Shown: positions 1 through 8,825 of the stretch, in pieces
How positions within the stretch are numbered: the stretch's first letter is position 1
Layout of the letters: each line of letters begins with the position of its first letter
Virus record (IMG/VR): IMGVR_UViG_3300042898_002828
Reading direction: 5' to 3' (one strand)
Length of the DNA: 64,000 nucleotides
From: an uncultured virus (IMG/VR IMGVR_UViG_3300042898_002828)
Taxonomy: Duplodnaviria; Heunggongvirae; Uroviricota; Caudoviricetes; Crassvirales
Program-made: the position numbers and the translations under genes
Notes under the pieces: generated by a model
What the model was told of the DNA's origin: nothing
The model's input: only the letters and a program-made list of their open reading frames with translations
Database searches by the model: none

Positions 1-459
1 TCTGTTTACATAGCTTACAAAGATTCAGAAGGCTTCAAAATAGGTAACATTCAATTTACAGGTTCATCTTTAGGCGGGTGGTTTGAGTTTCGTAAAGAAA
101 GCAAAAACGATCTATATTCAAAAGCAGTACAGTTAACCGGTAAAACTGAAGCTAAAAAAGGGGCAACAAAATATTATGTTCCAGTCTTTAAGTTGATTGA
201 TGTAAGTCAAGAAACGGATGATATTGCAGGCAAATTACAAGAGGAATTAAAGGCGTATCACAAGGAGTATTTCAGCAAAACAATTCCCGTTGAATTAGAA
301 AAAGAATTAGATAATGCTAAATCGGAAATAGAGCAACAAAAAGAAATAATGGACAAGCACTTTACGCAGCATATTCCTGACGATGGCTATATAACTAAAA
401 AAGATGATGGACATTTAGTAAGTGCAACAACTCCCGAAAACGATACCGTTCCTTTTTAA
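1..459 (+). CDS. 5'-truncated putative ssDNA-binding/recombination protein
   Basis: Frame 1 is open from base 1 (SVYIAYKDSEGFKIGNIQF...). Acidic C-terminus ending ENDTVPF is typical of SSB tails. Lies upstream of an ATPase. Confidence 0.5.
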   Translation, partial: SVYIAYKDSEGFKIGNIQFTGSSLGGWFEFRKESKNDLYSKAVQLTGKTEAKKGATKYYVPVFKLIDVSQETDDIAGKLQEELKAYHKEYFSKTIPVELEKELDNAKSEIEQQKEIMDKHFTQHIPDDGYITKKDDGHLVSATTPENDTVPF

Positions 460-543
460 TTATGAGCTTAATTAAAGAATTTTATTTTAATCAAATTAAC
501 CAATTAGAAGAATTGGAATTACCAATTGAATATTTAAACAATT

Positions 544-1770
544 ATGATAAAGAAAGTCCAAATAAAAGAATTTAAAGCCATCAAAGATTTTGATGAAAGT
601 TTTGAGAATAATATTATCCTTTTAAAAGGTGATAACGGAGTAGGCAAGTCAAGCGTAATTCAATTTATTGAAATTGCGCTTGGCAAACAAAAGAACATAC
701 CGCCAAATGCCACAGGAGAAGGTGAAGTAATAGCAGACTTTAAAGGCAACCAATACTTATTCCAGGTATCTTTTAAAGATGGTAAACCAATTGTGACCAT
801 TACAGCACCTGACGGAATGAAGGATAATAAAAAATCAACACTTGCAGGGATAGTAGGGGCTATTGATTTTGATATTGACAAATTTGTAGAACAATCTAAA
901 TCTCTATCTGGAAGGAAAGAGCAAATAGAAACCTATAAAAAGTTTCTGGATAAAGAAATAGTTGAGCAAATTGAACGTTACGAATCAAATGTAGCTATTA
1001 ATTACGAGCAAAGAACTATTGCTAATCGAGAGTTAAAGGCTATTGATGGGGCTATTGCTTTACACCCAATGAAGGGAGAAAATCTTAACATTGAACCTAT
1101 AGATGTGAGTGATGTATTTCAAAAACAAAAAGAAGCAAACGAACATAACTCAAAGATAGAAGTTGCCGAATCTACCCTATTGCAATTGAAGCAAGAAAAT
1201 GAAAGATACGATTCAGAAATTGCTCGTCTTATGGATTTGGCAAAAGTAAATAAAGACCGTATAGACAAGGGCGAAGCATTCTTAAAGTCAAATACAAAAA
1301 TTGATGTTACTGAGTTTGAAACTAAACTACAAAATGCAAATGAAATTAATGCCCAGGTATCACAGGCAAAAGAACTTAAAGCTAAATTAGCTGAAAAAGA
1401 AAAGCTAACTAATGACATAGGTGAAATGACAGCTTTGATTGATTCGACACGCCAGGTTATACAAGATGCTATTCGTGATATGGATAGTCCAATAGAGGGG
1501 CTCGGATTTGATTCAGATCAACTATTATATAAAGGTATTCCTGTAAATCATGATTCGCTTTCTAAATCTGAAATAATGGAATTAGGAATTAAGTTAAAAA
1601 TAGCTGAAAATCCTGATGCTGGTGTATTGTTCATTCAAGAAGGTGAAAGTATCGGTGCAAAGCGTTTAGAAGAAATTAAAGAAATTGCAGCTAAAAATAA
1701 CTTTCAAATCATAATGGAACAGGTGGAGAGAGGTAATGAAAAACTCACTGTTGAATTAGTTTCAAAATAA
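544..1770 (+). CDS. SMC/SbcC(Rad50)-like P-loop ATPase with central coiled coil
   Basis: IKEFKAIKD start, Walker A GDNGVGKS, long coiled coil, signature-like SLSKSE, Walker-B-like LFIQEGE. Confidence 0.8.
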   Translation: MIKKVQIKEFKAIKDFDESFENNIILLKGDNGVGKSSVIQFIEIALGKQKNIPPNATGEGEVIADFKGNQYLFQVSFKDGKPIVTITAPDGMKDNKKSTLAGIVGAIDFDIDKFVEQSKSLSGRKEQIETYKKFLDKEIVEQIERYESNVAINYEQRTIANRELKAIDGAIALHPMKGENLNIEPIDVSDVFQKQKEANEHNSKIEVAESTLLQLKQENERYDSEIARLMDLAKVNKDRIDKGEAFLKSNTKIDVTEFETKLQNANEINAQVSQAKELKAKLAEKEKLTNDIGEMTALIDSTRQVIQDAIRDMDSPIEGLGFDSDQLLYKGIPVNHDSLSKSEIMELGIKLKIAENPDAGVLFIQEGESIGAKRLEEIKEIAAKNNFQIIMEQVERGNEKLTVELVSK

Positions 1771-1784
1771 CACTATAATAAAAA

Positions 1785-1815
1785 GGGGGTTTACAGTTTC
1801 ACAACTAAAACCCCC
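1785..1815. terminator. hairpin terminator between convergent early and late blocks
   Basis: GGGGGTTT...AAACCCCC inverted repeat preceded by an A-run (U-run on - strand). Confidence 0.6.
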
Positions 1816-1847
1816 AAACAATTAAACTATAAAAATTATTATTTATT

Positions 1848-2120
1848 TTAACAATTCCATTTCCTAAGTGCCAATGCTTTCCTTGTAGGTCTCCCCTTTT
1901 CGTCTTTCATTGGCCCGTCAACCCCTGACATTCTAGCACAAAAACTTTTCCTTCTTTTAGCATCTTTGCTATCAGGATCAAGTTTTGATGGTTTAGTAGT
2001 AACAGCCATTTTTAGCTTGCTTCCTGGGTTTTCTTTCCTATAAGAAGCGATACCTTTAGCATTTAATCCCCCGGATGGGCTTTTTCCTTCTTTTCTTTGC
2101 CAGCTTGGTGTCTTTGCCAT
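1848..2120 (-). CDS. small basic conserved phage protein (DUF6321-like)
   Basis: WQRKEGKSPSGGLNAKG...RRKSFCARM...ALRKWNC pattern recalled from aquatic phages. Confidence 0.6.
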   Translation of the reverse strand: MAKTPSWQRKEGKSPSGGLNAKGIASYRKENPGSKLKMAVTTKPSKLDPDSKDAKRRKSFCARMSGVDGPMKDEKGRPTRKALALRKWNC

Positions 2121-2251
2121 TATTTTTTAGATTTAATCTTTTTTTCTTGTTTAAGCATTTCTTTAGTAGGTTTTTTACCAGAACCTTTATTTTCTCTGAT
2201 ATTATTCCATAAAGAATTTTCTACACCTAATTTATTTAATTTCTTTTTCAT
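2120..2251 (-). CDS. 43-aa Lys-rich hypothetical protein (not in ORF track)
   Basis: MKKKLNKLGVENSLWNNIRENKGSGKKPTKEMLKQEKKIKSKK*; stop overlaps next start (TAATG). Confidence 0.6.
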   Translation of the reverse strand: MKKKLNKLGVENSLWNNIRENKGSGKKPTKEMLKQEKKIKSKK

Positions 2252-2255
2252 ATAG

Positions 2256-2516
2256 TTATAATTTACTATCTAATAGTTTAAGTATGTTTAACCAATTATG
2301 TTTTGTCTTAAAGTATATTTCCATTGTTGTTGCTCCACCCTTTTCATTCATCAAATAAATATCAATGCCATATAAATCTGTGTCATCTTTGTAAGAATAA
2401 TAACCCTTAAAATCTATTTGATTAAAAGTGAACATTACATAACCATCTACATACACTTTTATTCTTCCGTTGAATATAACTAAGTCATAGTCGTGATTTT
2501 TCTCTTTCTTTTCCAT
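2256..2516 (-). CDS. hypothetical protein
   Basis: Tightly packed ORF in operon. Confidence 0.55.
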   Translation of the reverse strand: MEKKEKNHDYDLVIFNGRIKVYVDGYVMFTFNQIDFKGYYSYKDDTDLYGIDIYLMNEKGGATTMEIYFKTKHNWLNILKLLDSKL

Positions 2517-2517
2517 A

Positions 2518-3075
2518 CTATCTTATTAAACTGAAGCTAACTAATATTGCTGCCACTATTCCTGCTAATAATTTATTTCGTTTAGTATTTGCATTAATCT
2601 TGTCGTATTCATTTAGTAATTCTATTTTTTGTTTTAACAATATATCTACATACCCTTTGTTTAGTTCAACTTGGTTTCTTAAATTCACAACTTGGGAACT
2701 ACACGCATCTAAACTACGACCTTGTACTCTAATTAATGTATCTTGACTTAATATTATAGCATTTGCCTGTTCTACTACTTCGCTACATTCATTAGTAGTA
2801 ACTACTGAATCTGACCACACTTGAACTATTTTAGTTTTATATATTGTTTTAGCCGTTTTAACGTGTTTATTTAAGTATTCTATACTATCATACAACTTTA
2901 TGATTTGATTGCTGTATTCGCTTTCTAAATGGTCATAAATAGCATTTGAATCCGCTACTTCATTAATCACAATCGGTTTGTCTTTGTATTCAGGGTTGCA
3001 ACCGAATTTAAACACTATTAAAAACAATCCAACCGCTAAAAAAACATTAAGGTAATAACTAAATTTCTGATTCAT
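2518..3075 (-). CDS. putative spanin-like membrane/coiled-coil lysis protein
   Basis: N-terminal hydrophobic stretch followed by FGC (possible lipobox), coiled coil, C-terminal TM; directly downstream of endolysin. Confidence 0.5.
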   Translation of the reverse strand: MNQKFSYYLNVFLAVGLFLIVFKFGCNPEYKDKPIVINEVADSNAIYDHLESEYSNQIIKLYDSIEYLNKHVKTAKTIYKTKIVQVWSDSVVTTNECSEVVEQANAIILSQDTLIRVQGRSLDACSSQVVNLRNQVELNKGYVDILLKQKIELLNEYDKINANTKRNKLLAGIVAAILVSFSLIR

Positions 3076-3077
3076 AA

Positions 3078-3542
3078 TTAATCTTTTAATTCAAAATGCA
3101 TCCAATCGTAATTCTTCTCTACTCCCAATGAAATAAAACCACGCAAATAAAATATATCAATCATTTTTTGGTATTCAGGTCGGGCAAATCTTGCCGTTGC
3201 TTTAGTTTCTTTTAGTTGGTTTCTTTCGGGGTCTAAATCTATTGCTATTCCCCAACTATGTCGGCTGTAATCAGAACCTCCACGCATTGCACGGAAGTTA
3301 AAACAACCTCCAAATAAATCTATTCCCAGTTCAACTATCTTTTCATATCCGTAATGGTTGAGTAAATCTTGGAATACTAATTGAAAACGGTCGGCTGCCA
3401 ATTTATGACATCGCATAGTTGTAACCTTAGTATTTTTATCCCAAGCTAATCGCATTGGATATGGCAACTTAATAGAAACTAAATAAGTTCCTTGTTGGTT
3501 TGGTTTGCCGTACTTCTTTGTGGCTTGTTCCGTTGTTATCAT
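3078..3542 (-). CDS. endolysin, M15-family Zn peptidase
   Basis: SRHSWGIAID (SxHxxGxAxD) and DWMHFE motifs. Confidence 0.85.
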   Translation of the reverse strand: MITTEQATKKYGKPNQQGTYLVSIKLPYPMRLAWDKNTKVTTMRCHKLAADRFQLVFQDLLNHYGYEKIVELGIDLFGGCFNFRAMRGGSDYSRHSWGIAIDLDPERNQLKETKATARFARPEYQKMIDIFYLRGFISLGVEKNYDWMHFELKD

Positions 3543-3579
3543 ATTGCGTGGTCAGGAAACCAATCGTTATCTTCATCCA

Positions 3580-3843
3580 TTATTTGGTCACTCCAAACAT
3601 CTTAGACAAGGTAAACACAAACATATCTACACCTTTCAAGTAAACACCTATTTGAACCTTTAAATTATCTTCAATACTTGGGTCACTTGCAATAACAAAT
3701 GTTGCTACACCCGTGATGGCAAATACTATTCTAAATGTCCACTTCGCCCAATCAGGGGTCTTACTTACTATTGCCTTTCGGGTAAAAGGTCTTATTGCTT
3801 TACTGCTCATTTTTAACTGCTTTTTCAACATGGTTTGGGTCAA
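3580..3843 (-). CDS. putative holin
   Basis: Two hydrophobic segments, adjacent to endolysin; the true start is probably later (MSSKAIR). Confidence 0.5.
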   Translation of the reverse strand: MTQTMLKKQLKMSSKAIRPFTRKAIVSKTPDWAKWTFRIVFAITGVATFVIASDPSIEDNLKVQIGVYLKGVDMFVFTLSKMFGVTK

Positions 3844-4153
3844 TTTTATTTAATATCCAAGCAATGGCTAAACCTAAAGGATATAGTGTTCCTTTGGCTT
3901 TGTTCATTCCTAATACATAACTTACCGTTTCATCAGGGTTGCCGCATCTGTGACCGTTTGGCTTTATCATAAAGTCATTAAATAGAAATTGACATACAGT
4001 ATTTCCTGTTTGGTCTATGCTCAAAGCACATTGCCAAAAGTAATAACTTAATCCTTTGTGAAAAATAGAACGAATTAATCCGTACAATAAAGAAATCGGC
4101 ATTAACAAAAACGCCATTAAACTGGCAATTATTAGTAATATTAAATTTATCAT
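3800..4153 (-). CDS. membrane protein of lysis region
   Basis: N-terminal TM; SIDQTGN...GNPDETVSYVLG...IDPNH pattern common in phages. Confidence 0.55.
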   Translation of the reverse strand: MINLILLIIASLMAFLLMPISLLYGLIRSIFHKGLSYYFWQCALSIDQTGNTVCQFLFNDFMIKPNGHRCGNPDETVSYVLGMNKAKGTLYPLGLAIAWILNKIDPNHVEKAVKNEQ

Positions 4154-4154
4154 A

Positions 4155-4331
4155 TTATTTCTTTAAAGTTGCTTTGTATTTTTTATATTCGTTAAGAGTT
4201 CTTCCTAATGTATATATTATTGTAGCTAACAATAAAATTGTCTGCAATAGAATATTTAGGTTAGCCGTATTTATCGTTATAAAACAAAGGACATTTGCCC
4301 CAAGTACTTTTAGGTCTTCTAATTCTATCAT
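4155..4331 (-). CDS. 58-aa holin-like membrane protein (not in ORF track)
   Basis: MIELEDLKVLGANVLCFITINTANLNILLQTILLLATIIYTLGRTLNEYKKYKATLKK*; TGATG overlap with upstream gene. Confidence 0.55.
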   Translation of the reverse strand: MIELEDLKVLGANVLCFITINTANLNILLQTILLLATIIYTLGRTLNEYKKYKATLKK

Positions 4332-4672
4332 CACAAAGTAATAACTTCTATGTTATCTGCCCCGTATATAGGAGTTAATGTTTCTACTACAGATTCTATT
4401 AGCATAGTTTCTGCTGCCTCAGTTTCGTACTTTGTTACTGACAAATTCCCTGATATTGTTGTGTTGAAATCTGCTACATTTGGAATTGAAACTTTACCAT
4501 CAGCAATAGCTTGTTCGTTTTGATACAATAAGGTTGCTACCTGTGCTGGGATTAAACCATCCTTTTGACTTTTGTTATCGGTGTAAGCTTCTGCTATTAC
4601 TAAAACACTACCACTTGCTACTATCATACCGCTAGACAAGTTTACTTCTGAATTAATTTTTACTGCTTTCAT
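4331..4672 (-). CDS. hypothetical tail-region protein
   Basis: ORF in late operon downstream of fibre genes. Confidence 0.55.
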   Translation of the reverse strand: MKAVKINSEVNLSSGMIVASGSVLVIAEAYTDNKSQKDGLIPAQVATLLYQNEQAIADGKVSIPNVADFNTTISGNLSVTKYETEAAETMLIESVVETLTPIYGADNIEVITL

Positions 4673-4706
4673 AATTTGTTTTTATAATTTTATTTATTTG
4701 TATTAT

Positions 4707-4955
4707 TTATTGATTTGGTGGGAATGGTGGTGATGTTACTTCAAATTCTGTTGGTTCTCCAAGTATTAATAATAGGCTATTATCATAAATTATATACCAA
4801 AACTGTGGGTCATCATATTCCGCAAATTGATAGGCAACCCAATTCTGAGTTATATCGTCAGGTGAAACGGGAATGCCGTAGTAAGCATTACAAGCTTCCT
4901 GGGCATTTATTGCCTCTTGTTCTGTGTCGTATTTATATCCGTTAGTATATGCCAT
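4707..4955 (-). CDS. hypothetical tail-associated protein
   Basis: Likely start MAYTNGYKY at 4955, overlapping the upstream gene's end. Confidence 0.5.
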   Translation of the reverse strand: MAYTNGYKYDTEQEAINAQEACNAYYGIPVSPDDITQNWVAYQFAEYDDPQFWYIIYDNSLLLILGEPTEFEVTSPPFPPNQ

Positions 4956-5805
4956 AGTATGAGTTAACATTTCCATTAATTCCGCTAACATTAGCAGTTT
5001 GATCGGTTTTATACCAAATTAATTCTTGACAATTCATTTCAGCATACACGTTGTTTTTTGCAATAGTTAACCCATTGGTTACATTAGCTATTGCCCCAGC
5101 AGCACTTGTAACAAATGCACCATTATTTTTAGAAATTGATATGTTGTTAGAAACTAATGTAATAAATGAAGTATTTTGGGTATTGGCTGTAATTGCAACT
5201 AATGCTAATTTCTGACTGGCCGTATAAATCGCACCAACTAATTGTCCGCCACTTGTACTCTTAAAGTATTCGCCTACATATCCTATGCCATCCATCCAAA
5301 CACAATCGTTATTTTCCATATCAGCAGTATTTGTAGCTAATGAAATAGGGTTGAAAACTGCAATATTAGAAAAAGTTGATGCAGTAACAAAATTACTAAT
5401 TGCACTTCCACTTAAAAAATCATTTGTTCCATCATATTTAATAGTTGGCTTTGAATTTTGAGTTAGCAAAACCCCAGCACTAACAATGATTGGTTGACTA
5501 ACTGCCGTTGTTTGCGTTGCATTTTGTGCATTTCCACTTTGGTCATACCAAGTAGTTATAAATCCATTATCTAAAGCACCTGTACCCGTGAAAGATAATA
5601 ACGCTGCAGTATCAAGATTCCCACCGCTAAACCCAATATCTTGCTCAGTTAAGTCAGTACGTCTTACTCTTATTGCACTACCCGTATATGCCGTTCTTAA
5701 TTTTCTTACTGAATATGCTGCCGCTGCTGATGGGTATGTATCTAACAATAATGCTGATGCACTTTGAATTGAACTTGCTATTATTCCGTTACTTGCTAAT
5801 ATCAT
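4942..5805 (-). CDS. tail/receptor-binding protein with ConA/LamG-like lectin domain
   Basis: AYSVRKLRTAYTGSAIRVRR...WYDQSGN pattern typical of phage lectin-like fibres. Confidence 0.6.
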   Translation of the reverse strand: MILASNGIIASSIQSASALLLDTYPSAAAAYSVRKLRTAYTGSAIRVRRTDLTEQDIGFSGGNLDTAALLSFTGTGALDNGFITTWYDQSGNAQNATQTTAVSQPIIVSAGVLLTQNSKPTIKYDGTNDFLSGSAISNFVTASTFSNIAVFNPISLATNTADMENNDCVWMDGIGYVGEYFKSTSGGQLVGAIYTASQKLALVAITANTQNTSFITLVSNNISISKNNGAFVTSAAGAIANVTNGLTIAKNNVYAEMNCQELIWYKTDQTANVSGINGNVNSYYGIY

Positions 5806-5808
5806 AAT

Positions 5809-7227
5809 TTATGTTGCTATATCGCCAAAAAGATACCATTCGTCTGTGGCTATTTTAATTAAAGTTGCACCCGAATATTGAGCATTTAATTTTAATTTAC
5901 CACCACTACTTCTTATTGTCACTCCACTCGTTGCTACTACCGTTGTTTGTCCTGCACCGTATTGTGCCAAAAGTATTTGTGTACCCGTTGCAAATGCCAC
6001 ACTTGAATTTAAAGGTATAGTCAAATTATTAGCACTTGCATTATTTACTTCAACTAATTTGTTGGCATCTGTAATAGCCAATGTGTATGATGCTGTCTGT
6101 CTATTAGTAATAACTAACTTTGTATCTTCCCAAGCAGTCCCATTATAATAGTTAACTGAATTTGTTGTTGTATTATATATTGAAAGCCCCGTTGCAGGTG
6201 TTCCTATAGCATCTCTTTGGGTGGTTGTCATACGAGGCATTAAAAAGCCTTGCGTAGTGCTACTGATATCTAATGCTGCTGTTGAAACTGGAGTTAATGT
6301 TCCAATTCCAACATTTCCACTACTTTGTATTACTAATTTAGGAGCATCTGCTATACCAAAATAAATAGGATTTGCACTCCCCGTTGTTGCAATTCTTAAT
6401 ATATTCTCATTATTCCCCCAAGTTATATAAGCCCTATTTGCACCAGCACTATTTTCTTTAAAATTTATTCTTGCCTGACCATCTGCGTTTAAATTTCGTA
6501 CATCTAAATTATATAGTCCACCAGCGCTGTTGTTTTGATTGTTAGTTATTGAAAGTGCGGCAGTTGGACCAGTAGTGCCTATCCCTACAAAACCATCATC
6601 TCTTATAAATAAGATTGAGTTAGCACTACTATCGGTAACATTTAAAGAACTTGTACCGCTTGTTATGCCAGTGCCTTTAATGTGCAACCTTGAAGTTGGA
6701 ACATTAATTCCAACTCCCAACCTATTATTTGTGTCATCCCAAAAAAAGTTAGTTGCATCACTTGCTAAGGCACTACCATCAGAAAACTGAACCGAACCAC
6801 TAACGCCACTTGGAGCAGCAGCAACAACTAAATTTCCACTACCCAAAATGGATGTGGAATTTATGGTCTTAATGTTTGTGCCGCTTACCAAAGTAGCTTG
6901 CACTGCAACATCTCCTGAACCAAGTAATGAAGTTGAATTAACAGTTTTAATACTTGTTCCGCTTACCAAAGTAGCTTGCACTGCAACATCTCCCGAACCA
7001 AGTAATGAAGTAGAATTAACAGTCTTTATGTTTGTGCCGCTTACTAAGGTAGCTTGTACTGTAACATCTCCTGTACTAGCATTAACAGACTGAACTGGAC
7101 TCTGTGCCTTAATCTGTGTAATATTTATTTTCTTCGTGATATTATCACTGATATCCACAATAGGTAAAACATCATCACTTGAAATGGTTTCTATTTGGAC
7201 TAAGTCAGTTATTTTTTGATTTGCCAT
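5809..7227 (-). CDS. tail fibre protein
   Basis: ANQKITDL start, 26-aa tandem repeats, FFWDDTNNRLGVG and GNVGIGT fibre motifs. Confidence 0.75.
   Translation of the reverse strand: MANQKITDLVQIETISSDDVLPIVDISDNITKKINITQIKAQSPVQSVNASTGDVTVQATLVSGTNIKTVNSTSLLGSGDVAVQATLVSGTSIKTVNSTSLLGSGDVAVQATLVSGTNIKTINSTSILGSGNLVVAAAPSGVSGSVQFSDGSALASDATNFFWDDTNNRLGVGINVPTSRLHIKGTGITSGTSSLNVTDSSANSILFIRDDGFVGIGTTGPTAALSITNNQNNSAGGLYNLDVRNLNADGQARINFKENSAGANRAYITWGNNENILRIATTGSANPIYFGIADAPKLVIQSSGNVGIGTLTPVSTAALDISSTTQGFLMPRMTTTQRDAIGTPATGLSIYNTTTNSVNYYNGTAWEDTKLVITNRQTASYTLAITDANKLVEVNNASANNLTIPLNSSVAFATGTQILLAQYGAGQTTVVATSGVTIRSSGGKLKLNAQYSGATLIKIATDEWYLFGDIAT
6830..7070 (-). repeat. three 78-bp tandem repeats in fibre gene
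   Basis: Unit start GCTTAC(C/T)AA at 6883, 6961, 7039; encodes VQATLVSGTNIKTVNSTSLLGSGDVA-like units. Confidence 0.9.
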
Positions 7228-7373
7228 TATGTTGTTATTATTATCTTACTTAAATCTTGTTGTAACAAAAAACTCCCATCTTGTTTGAGCAAATAAAATT
7301 CTGTTGCTGGCGGTATAGCTAAATTGCCACCTATTCCAATAGCAGTTCCTATTGCTAATATAGTTCCATTCAT
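7227..7373 (-). CDS. 48-aa hypothetical virion protein (not in ORF track)
   Basis: MNGTILAIGTAIGIGG...FYLLKQDGSFLLQQDLSKIIITT*; fills the gap with TAATG overlap. Confidence 0.55.
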   Translation of the reverse strand: MNGTILAIGTAIGIGGNLAIPPATEFYLLKQDGSFLLQQDLSKIIITT

Positions 7374-7374
7374 A

Positions 7375-7848
7375 TTACCAAAGAGCTAAAACTAATGTTG
7401 CTGTAGTATTTGTTGAAAGTAATTTTACGAATTGAACAGGGATAAATGAACCTGCCAAAATACCCGTAAATAAAACAGTATCTCCGGCAGCTGTCATTAC
7501 ACTTAGGTCTCCTGCTCCTCCTACATATAACACGCATCCTTCGTTTGGGCTTTCTGCATCATAAATAATATACGCCTTTGACCCTGCCGTAAATATATTA
7601 GCATTAAGCGTAAGCGTAGTTTGGTTATCTACAGCTAATACTGTTGCTGCTGTTGAGTCTGTTATATTATAAACAATGTCCTGTGGCTTTACGTTTGCAG
7701 TTATAAATGTAGCACCCGAGTCTATCAGTTTTGTTGAAGCTGCTGACGTATTAGTTCCTGATGTTACTTGAGCGGGAAATGGAATATTAGCATCATCTGA
7801 CTTAATTACAGCTAAGGCTCTTGATGGTTGTAGTTTTTGACTTGGCAT
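7375..7848 (-). CDS. putative structural protein
   Basis: Beta-rich; LYVGGAGDLSV...GSFIPVQ motif common in phage virion proteins. Confidence 0.55.
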   Translation of the reverse strand: MPSQKLQPSRALAVIKSDDANIPFPAQVTSGTNTSAASTKLIDSGATFITANVKPQDIVYNITDSTAATVLAVDNQTTLTLNANIFTAGSKAYIIYDAESPNEGCVLYVGGAGDLSVMTAAGDTVLFTGILAGSFIPVQFVKLLSTNTTATLVLALW

Positions 7849-7853
7849 GATTT

Positions 7854-8057
7854 TTATTTTTTATAAGGGAAAATTTCGTTAAGTTTTTGTTTCCTTTCGG
7901 AGCAACCGCAGTCTGTATTTAGGGTTTCTGATATTTTATCGACTACAAATTTAATTCCCGTTGCTTTTGTTACCTTTTCGATTGTATCCCCTAATCCTCG
8001 ACTTGGAACGGCTCGTTTAACACCTGGTGCATAATACTGAAGTTTAGTACCTGACAT
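7854..8057 (-). CDS. small conserved phage protein
   Basis: SRGLGDTIEKVTKATGIK...DCGCSERKQKLN; probable ATG start MSGTK at 8057. Confidence 0.55.
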   Translation of the reverse strand: MSGTKLQYYAPGVKRAVPSRGLGDTIEKVTKATGIKFVVDKISETLNTDCGCSERKQKLNEIFPYKK

Positions 8058-8066
8058 TTTTTTCTT

Positions 8067-8086
8067 TAAATTTGCATACAAAAATA
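8067..8086. promoter_or_regulatory. face-to-face Bacteroidota -7 promoter boxes
   Basis: + strand TAAATTTG 8067-8074; - strand TATTTTTG 8086-8079. Confidence 0.5.
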
Positions 8087-8106
8087 ATTAAATTAAATCT
8101 AATATA

Positions 8107-8571
8107 ATGCAAATTAAAAATACGGATTACTTAAAATATTACCGAGTAATTAAATTATTCTACAGAATTAAGCATAAACTAACCGATGACAAGATAGACA
8201 TGCTTATATTTTTATACTCAGAAGTTTACTTTACTAAGGACAAATGTAAGGAATATGAAACTTTGATGATGAGCAGAAGGGTGTTTTCATCGCTTCTTAG
8301 AGATGGCTGGATAAATAAGTTTAGATCAGGAATAGCATTTAAACGTAAAACACTATATTGTTTATCAATAAGGTCTAAAAATATGGTAAACTCGTTCTAT
8401 ATGAAATTGAACGGAGACGAAATACCTATCGACCCTGTAAATAATAGGTTATTTAGGAGAGATGTCGACCAAGTAAATGTAGCTTATAGGGATATGATAG
8501 TAAAAATGAATTACTACATAAAAGAAAAAAAGAGAAATAAAGATTTAAACTTAGTGGGTATTTATGATTAG
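8107..8571 (+). CDS. hypothetical, possible winged-helix DNA-binding protein
   Basis: Only + strand gene in the late block; basic; FSSLLRDGWINKFR...TLYCLS is wHTH-like. Confidence 0.45.
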   Translation: MQIKNTDYLKYYRVIKLFYRIKHKLTDDKIDMLIFLYSEVYFTKDKCKEYETLMMSRRVFSSLLRDGWINKFRSGIAFKRKTLYCLSIRSKNMVNSFYMKLNGDEIPIDPVNNRLFRRDVDQVNVAYRDMIVKMNYYIKEKKRNKDLNLVGIYD

Positions 8572-8825
8572 AATACTCCAACCACTTCGCGTAACTGTAT
8601 TATAGTAACGCTTAGTTTGTTTATTGTCATTGTAAAGCTATTGGTTCTGTCGTATAAAATAACATCACCCGACTTTACGGTTTCAACCTCATCACCAACT
8701 GCTATAACTTTTCCTTTGTAGTATCTTGATTTAGTTGAGTCATCTGCCGATAAAAGCATACCTGAAGATGTTTCTTCGTTCTCAATAATAGTTTCTAATG
8801 TTATATATTTAGCTATCGGCTTCAT
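8568..8825 (-). CDS. groES: co-chaperonin GroES
   Basis: MKPIAKYI...ETSSGMLL...GKVIAVG..VKSGDVILY; adjacent to groEL. Confidence 0.85.
   Translation of the reverse strand: MKPIAKYITLETIIENEETSSGMLLSADDSTKSRYYKGKVIAVGDEVETVKSGDVILYDRTNSFTMTINKLSVTIIQLREVVGVF

Noticed and set aside
862..882. DFDID motif resembling the crAss-like virion RNA polymerase active site
   Set aside because: It lies inside the SMC-like ATPase. The giant protein shows no such motif, so no virion RNAP is called.
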